DNA of 64,000 nt. It comes from Octopus bimaculoides (taxonomy: Eukaryota). The DNA lies in contig NC_068984.1 of assembly GCF_001194135.2 (NCBI RefSeq), forward strand, positions 61,695,633 through 61,759,632. Direction: 5' to 3'. Both the position numbers and the translations under genes were made by a program. Positions within the stretch are counted from its first letter, which is position 1; each line of letters begins with the position of its first letter. The notes below the pieces were generated by a model, which searched no databases, was not told the DNA's origin, and saw nothing but the letters and a program-made list of their open reading frames with translations. Below are positions 12,455 to 24,518 of the stretch, one piece after another.

Positions 12455-13828
12455 ATGCTTGCATAATATTAGGGTGTCATAAGTGTAGTGCACTATGTAG
12501 TTTACATTCTTAATGATGAAATATATGTAAATGTACTGATCTGAGAAATGATGATAAATATTGCATTCATTATCGTGATTAAAGGGAAACTGTGCAATTA
12601 TGCTTCAGGTGATATTCTGTTAGATTCAACTTCAAATTTAAGAAAGTGTATAGTATGAAAATATTCAGAATACATAAAGTTTTTCCGTATTTACTCTATT
12701 GAGAGAGTTTTTCGGGTCCTCTCAAACAACTGAATTCATTGCCGCAATTAACCATGAAACTATCTAACGACGAACCTGCTATAGATGAGTAGAGATAGTC
12801 TTAGGCCTCTAGACACCGGTTTTGGTAAAATATTCAGTGTAACGTTTCATTCTCAGCCACAGTAGAAATATGGAAATCGGTTTGATTTGCGATAGAGTTT
12901 GAATGGGGAAACATTTTTCGTAACAGAGAAGAATTGTTCTAGCAGAGTAAAAAAAACCTTAATACATTTGTTTGATTAAGACCTAGAAATGTGCCGAAAC
13001 ATTTAACGTCAACTAATGTTTTTTATGCGAAACCTAGCATGTTCATTCCAGATGTACGTGGAATAATTTAGTATGAAGGGTACAGATGCTTTAAAAAGGT
13101 CCTACAGTTTTACATAAATTTTTAAAAGCAGTTGTTTAGATTGTATATCTTTCGAGAATCAATCTTGCTGCATCTTCTTGTGCCTAGTAAACTTCAAAAA
13201 TCATTATAGGAAAAGAAACCTGATATTCTCAAATTTCGAAAGATGTCATTCCGAATGATTGATAAATAGATACAATGTTATGTGTTTTCTGGATATATTT
13301 AATGACTACATGTTAATGGCCTTGAAAGAAATTAGCATGATCTTTCTTGACTGAAAAATGTTTGCTTGTTTAGTGATAATGAATATAATGCAGTCATGAT
13401 ATAAATTGCTCACGAAGCGATTTGAATAGTAACAAGGTGGGGGTATGCTGAGCCATAAAATGATCCTCGAAGCATTCTGTTTCGTACTTCTAGTGACAAT
13501 TTATAAAGAAGATATTTTATGGATAGTTACTAATTTTTAGCGTGTAATAATGCATATTTCTTATTGATGTCTTATCTTATTAGTTTGAATTCTCTCCCGG
13601 GCTTCAAGAAATTTCTACATCACAGAATCAATAATGTACAGGACCAATATATTCCGCTTACCAAGGGTTACAAGTATCAAGTATAGTAAATTTTTAAACT
13701 GACATATTTATTATTATTATATTATATATTTATACTTATACATATTTACATATAGTTTTAATACAACAATTATTCTACACAATCTTTCTGATGAATTTTC
13801 TAATATTGATTTCTAGATATTAATAATA

Positions 13829-13866
<38 letters not shown>

Positions 13867-14745
13867 NNNNNNNNNNNNNNNNNNNNNNNNNNNNNNNNNN
13901 NNNNNNNNNNNNNNNNNNNNNNNNNNNNNNNNNNNNNNNNNNNNNNNNNNNNNNNNNNNNNNNNNNNNNNNNNNNNNNNNNNNNNNNNNNNNNNNNNNNN
14001 NNNNNNNNNNNNNNNNNNNNNNNNNNNNNNNNNNNNNNNNNNNNNNNNNNNNNNNNNNNNNNNNNNNNNNNNNNNNNNNNNNNNNNNNNNNNNNNNNNNN
14101 NNNNNNNNNNNNNNNNNNNNNNNNNNNNNNNNNNNNNNNNNNNNNNNNNNNNNNNNNNNNNNNNNNNNNNNNNNNNNNNNNNNNNNNNNNNNNNNNTTCA
14201 TCACTTTATTAAATTCTTCATATCAACCGACTTCTCTTTCCCAGCTGTAACACCTTTCCTATTGAAGAATCGAATAAAGCGACGAGTAAATGTATGCAAG
14301 AATTTATGTAAGTATATATAAATTTGGAAATAAAATATAAGTATTCAAAACAGAGTGTATTCTTCAATCTGTTCAGCAAGCCAAACAATATCCAAATATG
14401 CTGTCGTTAAACATGTCATTTATAACATTTTAATTCTTTTAATTGCACTTATTTAAACTGTTCGCATTAGATATTGCCTTTCATCTGGAAAATTTAAAAG
14501 GGTGTTTAATCCCCCTAGGAGTTTTTGTAGCACGTGTACAATGTAAAACTGAGACAAATCTGTATTTTGCAAGCTAAATAATACGAGCTGCCTGCATAAG
14601 ACGTATTTGTAATTTATTATTTTGCTTTCTACTTCATTATCAATGAAAAATTGTAATAGACTTTGCATGTATATCAGTGCAGTTTCTTTACTATGGTGTT
14701 AGATTTTTATCTCCAAATTGAAGGTCAGATTTAGGAATCTGCGTA

Positions 14746-14947
14746 CCGTATATGCCGGCGTACGAAATGCGCTTTTTAAAATTCTTAATGTAACAGTAAA
14801 TTGCTATACACCTAATGCGAAGTGTTACGAATGATATACCCACTTATGAATGTTTGACGAAGATTATTTAATTTCTTCCACAAAATATAATAATAAATTA
14901 GTGGGGTAGCTTATGCAAAAAATCGTCTTAAACGCCGGTAAAGACGG
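14746..14947. mobile_element. Pogo/Tc2-like MITE
   Basis: TA|CCGTATATGCCGGCGTA ... AACGCCGGTAAAGACGG|TA: imperfect TIRs (15/19 including the TA) with TA flanks; 202 bp. Confidence 0.65.
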
Positions 14948-15429
14948 TAACAACAGAACTTGCTAAGCGATAAAACCTGATTTTTATAGTGTTGGTATTG
15001 AATAAGCAATCTCAATTTATAGCAATATTCGTAGAGAGACAACAGTTTTAAATTTCTTACACCTAATTTAAAGAATGTCACGTTTTATCTGTCATACATA
15101 TCGGGTTACATTTTGACTGCTTACATTTAGAAGCTAAAATAACTAAAATATATTATCACTGGACAGATGGTTTCAGGTGTTTTTGGTAGATCGCATTATT
15201 TTAAGCATTAATTTTTATTGTATGTTATTTGGGTGTTTTGGGATAGGAACACTTAATTTAGAACACCGAATGCAGTCTTGTTTGAAAAATATGTTACCTT
15301 GTACAGGAAGAACCATTAGTTCTACTTGCACAACGTATGCGTTAGTTTCCTGTGCAACCATTGATATTAGTCGACAAACTCACTTTTCCAACATTATGAT
15401 ATATGTATGAATAGGCTCTGCTTGCGAAA

Positions 15430-15558
15430 TTCTTCTTCTTCTTCTTCTTCTTCTTCTTCTTCTTCTTCTTCTTCTTCTTCTTCTTCTTCTTCTTCTTCTT
15501 CTTCTTCTTCTTCTTCTTCTTCTTCTTCTTCTTCTTCTTCTTCTTCTTCTTCTTCTTC
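15430..15558. repeat. (TTC)43 microsatellite
   Basis: Perfect run; source of the poly-R ORF. Confidence 0.97.
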
Positions 15559-16635
15559 GTATTGTCAGTGCCGTATATAGTAAAACAAGTAAGAGACTGG
15601 ATAATGCTAATATTATTTTAACACCTCCGTTCAAATATCAGTCGCGCTGTTTTACTCTTTTCCTTCATAGTTATGTAAAATATATAGATTCAAGTACTAG
15701 TACTTGTTTCGATTTATTTAAGCGTACTCGATCCATTAAAAAGCGTTGGTTTGAACCAATGTTGGAGATAACTAGTATAAGTATTTGACAAACAATATAT
15801 CAAGTGTTCCTCATTAAATCGCTTTCGTCTCCAGAATCTTTACAAATGTTGGGATAGCTAAAGTGTTAGTTTCACTTTATAACGTGTTTTTATCTCCTTC
15901 TTGTATATCCACCTACTTCAATAACCTTTATCTACTTTCGTAAAGGAAATCATATAAAAAGCATACATCTTCACCTCTCGTCGCTTTCACTATCTGTTAC
16001 AGTAAATTCTTCCGTTGACTTTTTTTTTAATATCAGTTTTTATTAACTTTCAGGTTCTATTTAAAGTTTCTCGGCGATCGTTCAATAGGTTTATTGTTTT
16101 CTTGCAGATTGGGGTTGTCTGAAAACGGATGAACTTTTCTAAATTACGTTGTGTATCAATCAATAGAAAATCCATATATTGGAGAAATATTGATTAAAAC
16201 CATTTGCGTTCATTTAATTCAGACGCACACCATTTTATTATACGTTTTCGAGTCAACAAGCTATTTTCTCGCCGCATACATCTTGTGAGTGTCATATTTA
16301 GAGAAGGAAAATAATTAGGTTTCATACAAAAGAATATCTGTTTGATTACACGACTATGACATGAATTTGAAAGATGTGAGTGGTGCATTCAGAGTAAATA
16401 ATAGACAGTATTTCAAATTGAATGCTAATGTTACTTTGTATGTATAGAGAATATGATGTTCACATTCAGTACTTACGATAAAAATAACTTTTTTCACTTC
16501 CCAATAAGAGAATGAATGATATTGCGGTTTATGAATCTGTAATTTGCTAGCGATTATCAACACAATGCGTTTTATCACCTATATTGATAGTACGTGCCAC
16601 ACATATCTAAAACACACGCACACACATACACTCGA

Positions 16636-16692
<57 letters not shown>

Positions 16693-18580
16693 ATCACATT
16701 GTAAATGCAATAGCCAAAACGGAAAAAAGCAAGAGAGATAACTTTTAACAAATCTGATATAAGCTTACCGCTTAAGAGGAAAAGTATAGGAAGAGATAGA
16801 TAAAGAAAGATTTGCTGAGAAATGTATTATGTACGTAAATGCATATATATATATATATATATCATGACACGAGACACGAGACTGCAACTTAATTCATTCA
16901 ATTTCCGTCGTCTGTGTAACCTTTAGAATTTTTGGCTGTCTTTACTCCTATCTACTGTTTACCACCTTTCAGTGACTTCGTATTTTCTACAGCGAGTACA
17001 TTTATCTCAACTGACTGCAAAGTGAACTTTGATATAAAGTCGGTCAAGACTGCATATTAATTCTACTCACCATGATTTGTTTCATTGACAGCACGTGCAT
17101 TTTACCAGTAAGAGGAAATACTAGGGATCTTCTCCAATATTTAACTCATTAGTTGCTTTTTTCATTAAAAACTGTTCACAGAAATAATATTACGAGCAGA
17201 GCTTCTGTCTGCGTACCGCATGATAATCATAATTTTTACCCGAAAAGAGTGCAATTTAACGAAAATGTGTTTCTGATAACATATCGACAGAACACATAGA
17301 CGCACTCTCAGTGGATCGAACACTTATCACTGTAATCATTACATATTCATTATATGTCTCCACCACTTATCAAATAGAACTGAAAATCATAAAAATAGGA
17401 ATTTCGGTAAGTAGCTTATTCAGCAAAGGATCAAGGTGTATTGCATATCCGAATTCGTCAATATCGACAGAGCTTTTAGAAATATTAATATGCGTAAGTT
17501 GCCGAAAGTAAATGAACTATATTTAATCTGAATAGATTGAACTGAATATCGCATTATATAATGATTAAATACATATCGACAATATAAATGAATAAAAAAT
17601 ATCACTTGAAACATTCTTTCATAAATACAAATACACGTCTTTTGACAGTGAATTCTCGTTACATAAATTAATGCAAGCATGTTTCTAAAGTTAATATGTA
17701 GTTCAGAAGCGTGAATGCAAGATATATAGTTTTCAAAGACTCATGTCTCATAGTTATGGCGGCATGACATAGATCTTGTACAAAAAATTCGATTGAAAGG
17801 AATACTGCTGCAAGGCTATTTTCACTTCAATAGTATCTCTAAGTTTGTGCATGAAATCTACTGCAATTTCATTAGTCAGAGCCAATATTTCTTCGACATC
17901 TTTTTACTTATTTTTCAATTTTACGTCAATGGAAAATGTTTTATGTAATTTTATCGTATCGGTGATACGCTTAAATAATTTGATTCTTTAACAAAATTCA
18001 CATGAACATCTCAAAACGGAGGTATATGATGCAGCTTGTTACTTAAGATTACTTAAAGTATAAAGAACGTTTTGCTCCACATATTATTGCTGTAAAATAT
18101 AAACGTGTAGAGAATTCATTTATACACAGTTAATTTGTTTTCCAGCGGTTGAAACAATGACTCTTGGAGCTAATATATTCGAGGCGACACGTAACATTTT
18201 GTTGATTTTACTAGTAAGTCGACAGTTGTGTCATTTCACCTCTGATGTACTGTGTCATTCAGCATTCCATGCTATATTACACCAGGTTTGGAGTTCTCCT
18301 TCATATAGGCAATGTAAAAAGCTTGTGAACCATCGATGAGTGGTGTATTCATTCCTACTGCAGGTTTCACACATTATCCAGAGCAATTTGTTGTATGTTT
18401 GTCAATAGAGAATGGAATTTACCGGAAGGTAATACAGCCGCCGGAAGGTAACAAAACTACATGGCCAGAATAAAGTAGAAAATCTTAAATACGCAAATTT
18501 GAGATAAAAGACATAGATGAAATTCATTTTAAATACGTCATACATTCGTATATATGATTGTTAATATTAGTTATACGTTT

Positions 18581-18980
18581 AAGGTGGTGAAGTGGCAGAA
18601 TCGATAGCTCACCGAGCAAAAATGCGTAGGGGCATTTTGTCCGTCTTTACGCTCTGAGCTGAAATCCCGTCGAGGATGATTTTGCCTTTCATTCGTTCGG
18701 GATCTTTCATATCTCTTTAAAATAAGTACCAGTTGAGTACCGGGGGGCTATGTAGTTGCCTTCCCCAAGACAGCTGGCCGACCAAAGCCTTGTGAGTGGA
18801 TTTAGTAGACGGAAACTGAAAGGAAGCCCGTCGTATATATGTATATGTATATGTTTGTGTGTGTGTTTGTGTGTCTGTGTATGTCCCTCACCCAACATCG
18901 CTTGACAACCGATGCTGGTGTGTTTACTTCCTCATAACCTAATGGTTCGGCAAAAGAGACGTATTACTAGGCTTAGAAAG
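18581..18980 (+). mobile_element. Chimeric SINE: family A head and core joined to the family B (CORE-type) body
   Basis: 18581-18750 is AAGGTGGTGAAGTGGCAGAATCG...TTGCCTTTCATT...AAAATAAGTACCAG. From about 18776 it reads GGCCGACCAAAGCCTTGTGAGTGGATTT...CAACATCGCTTGACAACCGATGCTGG, near-identical in layout to 47050-47290. Confidence 0.75.
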
Positions 18981-19495
18981 TAATACTTACAGCATCAAAG
19001 TTTCCAATTTTATCAATATCAGCTACCGCCTTCAGTGTCGTTTGGCTCTTATACATATTTTTCTCAGAATAAGTTTGTTCCATCACTCGTCGGATCCGTT
19101 TATTCTCCATCAATCAAAATAACTTACACTCGTAAATGAGTTTGGCAAAAAAAAAAAAAATTTATGTGCATTTATTCTGTCAACATTACAAAAAAAAAAC
19201 AGGCACAACACAGATTTCAAAGCAAATATTATTATACTGCATGTTGTCTTATTTTATATGTTAAAATTCTTACATTATCAACAAATGTTGTTAAAATCTG
19301 GCAATTTTGTAGCAAGGACTGTACGATATCATTCCCCGACCTCCTGCAAATGACAGTCACTTATCTTACACAAAATTGTAACACGATGCATTTCATAATA
19401 TATAACCGGTAAACAAAGGCATTAGTTAAGAAAAAAATGCTTTCCATTAAGAGTTTGCTCCACCAGAGCAACCTGGGACTTCGTGGTTGATCATC

Positions 19496-19612
19496 AGTAG
19501 CTGTGTGGTAAGTAGCTTGCTCACCAACCACATGGTTCCGGATTCAATACCACTGCGTGGCACCTTGGGCAAGTGTCTTCTACTATAACCTCGGGCCGAC
19601 CAAAGCCTTGTG
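19496..19612 (+). mobile_element. CORE-type tRNA-derived SINE (family B), 5' half only
   Basis: A-box-like TAGCTGTGTGG, B-box-like GGATTCAATACC and the CORE-like GCACCTTGGGCAAGTGTCTT; abruptly truncated at the mariner TIR. Confidence 0.85.
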
Positions 19613-20866
19613 TCCCAGAAAGACTTATCCATATTTAGTATTCCTCCTAAAGAATATCGGTTCAGGAAATATTGTCTACATCTTACTTAGAGATTTGCAT
19701 ATGTCTTCTGCTTATGTGTCTATTGTTTCGTTCGTCTATAACAGGTTTATAAACAAACATGGTGCCGAAAGCAAAGCGCGACCAGATTGTCGCTTTGAAA
19801 CAGTTGGACTGAGCAACAAGGACATAGCAAAACAGTTAAATATGTGCTGTGAAACAGAGTTCAATACTAGGAAATGTTATATGGAGTTCGCTACTACCTG
19901 TAGCAACGCAATTCCTGATAGGAAACAATTAATTCGTACCAAACTGTTGAAGCTGTGAAGAAGCGAATGAACCGAAATCCCCACAGGAGTGTACCAAAAA
20001 CTGCAAAACCCTTGATATTTCGAAATCGTTAATGCACAGGATATTGAAAGACGATTTAAAGCTAACTGCATATAAGAAGCAATCCCGGCAGATAATTTTA
20101 GCAGTTCCCAAGAATAAACGATTTGACAGGAGTAAAACCATGTTTGCTGAGATGAAGCGCGCCGCCGAGAAAGTGTTGATCTGGTCCGACGAGAAGAGCA
20201 TCGCAGTGGAGGCAGATACCAACAAGCAGAATGATAGGCTTTCTGTACATGATGGCGGAGACTCGCTCGAAGGTAGCAGGTGTCATTTGTGCCGTCAGAA
20301 ACCAATTTTACTCATGATGTGAGCCAAAGTTGCATCTAATGGCTCCAAGTCTCCCTTGATCTTTATCGATGCTGGTGTCAACATCAGCAGTGAAGATTTT
20401 GTGGAAGTTTTGTATGAGAAAGTGTTACCCTGGGTCACAGAAACATTTGGTGACCGTTATTTTGTCACTCAAGACAATTCTCCGCCCCACGCGTTCAATT
20501 TATCACAAAGGTGGTGCAAAGAGCTTTTCAGCTGTTCTTGGGACATGGCAATACAGCTTCCCTCAGACATCAATCCCATGGACTTTTCTATCTAGTCCAT
20601 CTTCGAGAATAATGTTTCTGCTCGCTCCTGTTGAAAGTGTCATATCTGAGTAAGCCATACTGTCTTTATGGGTCAAGTTGGATGAAGAGTCGGTACGGTG
20701 CTCATGCTACTCGGTGGCCAATCACTTGTAGGTTATAATCAAGGTGAAATATAATTACTGTAATGGAATGGCAATTTAGATTAGAACGTATGTTTCATCC
20801 TGCCACCTTAATTTTATTTTGAATGATTAAAAAATATCAATGTGTAAATCTTTCTGGGAACCCCTG
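19613..20866 (+). mobile_element. Tc1/mariner superfamily DNA transposon (maT/DD37D-like), defective
   Basis: Right TIR TAAATCTTTCTGGGAACCCCTG followed by TA; the left TIR survives as TCCCAGAAAGACTTA, lacking its outer 7 nt. Contains a frameshifted transposase. Confidence 0.85.
19759..20640 (+). pseudogene. DDD transposase pseudogene (HTH plus WSDEK / QDNSPPH / PSDINPMDFSI)
   Basis: ATG at 19759; HTH-like VGLSNKDIAKQLN; MHRILKDDLKL; catalytic motifs WSDEK, QDNSPPH and DINPMD. D2-D3 spacing is 35 here, consistent with DD37D minus a 2-residue deletion in WPPxSPDLNP (inference). Multiple stops and frameshifts. Confidence 0.85.
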
Positions 20867-20954
20867 TATATATATANNNNNNNNNNNNNNNNNNNNNNNN
20901 NNNNNNNNNNNNNNNNNNNNNNNNNNNNNNNNNNNNNNNNNNNNNNATATATAT

Positions 20955-20985
<31 letters not shown>

Positions 20986-22843
20986 CATATATTGAATTTC
21001 TCAACATTTCAAATCATATTTTTCTTTGCTAGCACATGCTATATCATTAACTGGATTTTATTTCTGAATAATGATTTCTCTAATAAACTAAAACAACTAG
21101 AACAACAAGTCTGAAAATATATCACAGTTACTTAGCAAATTATTGATGCCAGTGAAAGCCTTGATTTATTTCCTTTCCAATGGCACCAATTATACTTCAT
21201 GAATATTAAAATACTTGTTCCGGATCAGAATCACGAGGTGAGTAGTTTCACTTCACTTACATCATTAATAGTGATGGAAAAAAAAAGAAACATATATATT
21301 ACATCACTTCATATCCACTTCCTTGAATATATTTGCTTCCTACATGCATATGAAACAATGTTATTGCTTATGTAAGGCAAAACCCTACAAATTTGGTGGG
21401 ATGACTGAAGTGATATTTCTAGTTTTTCATTATTTCATTAGGATTTATATTTTATTTCAAGTAGAGACGAAAAGCAAAGATGATTGCAGTCGAATCTGAA
21501 ATCAAACTGACATTGGATATAACAAAAATAAGACGCGCAAATGGTTTCAGCCATCTACGCGTTATAAGAAACACTAATCAAAAATATTAAACACACGCAT
21601 CAGTAAAAATGAAAAAAAGGCGGCACATAGAACGATAATTCCTGTTACGTATATCCTATATGAAAAGATTCAAGATGTGAATTTAGTTTTGGAGCAAACT
21701 ATCCAAAGTGTCCGACCTATCCTTAACTGAGATAATACAATATGATTTGTCAGAGACTTTGTATAGATTGTACGTTGGCCAATTGCAATGAAGAAACATT
21801 TTTGATTAAATTCGACTGTAAATATACAAGAGTGCTTGCAATTAGGAACAGAGTTAAGAAATGATTTTAACAAGAATTATATTACGTATGGAATATCTTT
21901 CTTACTTTGTAAGTAGCACAAAGTTATTTTTCCCCCAATACTTTCAATAATAATGTATCACTGTAGCTTGAATCTTTGTGGCTGTACATAATTGCGTGAT
22001 ATGATATTCGAAGATATTGTTGACAAAAATCGAACAGCATAAATATAAAGACAAAATACACTATAGACAGAAGTAATTGTGAATGTTCACTGGCTTGGGG
22101 AGAGTGGTAAAATCTAGCTGACAATTTGTCATTTTAAAATAGTCATTTCTTTGTACATTACTAACATCTTTGCATTGCATTTGTGGGAATCATGTTGAAA
22201 TATCCTGTCTCTTTCTCCATCTAATTTCGCCTCTTCTCCACCTCTCATAATTGGCTTCCCTTATAAAGTTGTGGAAGTTTAGAAAAACACTTGCAGAGTG
22301 CAGTACCATCTAAAAGCAAGGACATATTATTCAACATTTGTCCGCGAGCACACTAGTCAAGGGACTCACTTGCAATCTATGTATGCTGTAGTTTGCTGTC
22401 AATAAACACTATATTCCCGTTTGCATTGCTTTGTTTGGGAGTCTATAAAACTGTTAATCCTAGGAATATAGAAAATGAGAAACCATCTCATAAAAATTCT
22501 GTGAAATTTCACTCTTGTGAAAATTCCGTGACAAGAGTCGTGTATGCCAAAGATATCCTCAATTATAGTTCGTGGATAAAATGGTGCAAGAAGTAAATAC
22601 TAAACAATTTCAAAAATGTTCTAATGACAGACAAAATTTCAATAATGATATTTCATTTTACTTTTAAATTGTTCACTTTGACTCATGTTCAGATGAATCG
22701 TGATGGTATAAGTAATGGTTAAAGAAAATAGTGAAATGACATTGTAATTATTAATTAGGAAACGTATTTGCATTAAAACAAAAAGTTACATTCAGCATTA
22801 TACACATACAGGCGTCTAATTCTCTTTTTTCTTATCTGACACG

Positions 22844-22945
<102 letters not shown>

Positions 22946-23913
22946 ACTCATCTTTAGCACATACACACACATATCAGAAGCTGGGTTATCCGTATTGAAA
23001 ATATTCGGTTATTTGAAGATTTATTTGATCAGTTATAAAAGACATACGTACGTTCATTTCCAACAAAGTAATACTATACTTTTTGTATACCTTGAGTTCT
23101 GTTTCTTTCAGATAGTATTTCAGTTACATTACCTCATCCCTGAAACTTCTAATCCAATTACATTTTAAATATTTCCTTGGAATTTCTATGTGTCAGCTGA
23201 GCTTCGTCAGTTTTTATTAATCCTTTTTATTTAACGGTAGATGATTTTTAATAGGAGGTACTATTGCAGTTCGCCTCTCGACCCCACAGATGTTCACAAA
23301 TTAATTTTTGAACAGAAACGCATTACAATCTGTGAGCTATAAATCTTAATCTTGATAAGCAAAAGTTTATTTCGCTATCCTTAGTTGCAAGATATCATTC
23401 TCAAAACTCGAAGATGGTGTACTCTTCTTTACTCTCTCATTCCTATATTATATAATTTGGTTTTAGTTCTTTCACCCTCAAATTTAGGATTTCTTTACCC
23501 TTAATCATTAATGCTATATTTGTATATAACAACTTATCCATTACAGGTATTTATTCATCTCCAACATCCAGGAGTACGTTTTACAGGTTTCTAAGCCAGA
23601 TAATAAGATTCCCCGCCGCCTTACTCTTCCTTTTATTCCCTTATTAGTCAACAGTGTAGTTCCAAATTTATTATCATTATAGTTTCTCCCCAATGTTTAT
23701 CTCATTCGTATTTTCACATATATTTCATATTCAAATATTTGTTTCTCTTCGTCTCTCGTATCCGTTATTACAACCTTGTGAAGCGTTTGTCTGTCTAGCC
23801 TTAGGTTACACGCATAATTTAAGCTCTTTTTCTTTTCATTTCCTTAAATCTATTAATTGAAGACCGTCATCCCCATTCACTTTGTAGCATTTCTATCATC
23901 ATAAATTAGTAGA

Positions 23914-23959
23914 GGCGCAATGGCCCAGTGGTTAGGGCAGCGGACTCGCGGTCATAGGA
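23914..23959 (+). mobile_element. tRNA-derived SINE head fragment (third family), 3'-truncated
   Basis: GGCGCAATGGCCCAGTGGTTAGGGCAGCGGACTCGCGGTCATAGGA is a tRNA 5' half with an A box (TGGCCCAGTGG); no B box or T arm follows. Confidence 0.6.
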
Positions 23960-24224
23960 CTATACTAAACAGTCAATAGACAAGGTATTATACTAAAAAG
24001 TCAATAGACAACATATTCTCACTATAAAATAGTGTACATTTAAACACAAGAGAAATTACCTATAACATGAACTACCTATAACTACCTAAACTATCTATAT
24101 ATGTTTATAATTATTAATAAATCTCAGGGTAGCAAAGAATTTTAGAAATTCTATTTGCTACCAGTGGTCTAACGAAAAGAAAAAAACTAGTTAATATACT
24201 ATATATTATTCATATAAATACATA

Positions 24225-24518
24225 CAGTGTACCTTTTAACAGATCAGAGAGATGTCCACAATGGGACATCTTACCCGCTAGAAGGAGCAGTCAAAACTCC
24301 AAACCACAATCAAAGATAATTTCGAAAGGGAATGAAAAATAGGAATATTTACCATCTATTTTGCGGACCATGGTATCCAGAAAATAGATGGTAGATGTTT
24401 TTATTTTTCATTCACTTCCGAAATTATCCCTAATTGTGGTTTGCAGTTTTGACTGCTCCTTCTAGTGGGTAAGATGTCCTATTATGGACAGCTCTCTGAT
24501 GTGTTTAAATGTACACTG
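24225..24518. mobile_element. Fold-back (fully palindromic) Tc1-like MITE
   Basis: TA|CAGTGTAC...GTACACTG|TA. The two ~140-nt arms are complementary along their length (e.g. ATCTTACCCGCTAGAAGGAGCAGTCAAAACT / AGTTTTGACTGCTCCTTCTAGTGGGTAAGAT), centred on CCATGG at 24368-24373. Confidence 0.9.

Noticed and set aside
17066-17110. Minus-strand ATG|GTGAGT (MKQIM) and overlapping plus-strand micro-exon signals
   Set aside because: Good splice-like motifs but no supporting acceptor, partner exon or homology; expected by chance in 64 kb.
23914-23959. True tRNA gene
   Set aside because: Only the 5' half is present; no T arm, B box or acceptor-stem partner. The SINE heads elsewhere are likewise not tRNA genes.
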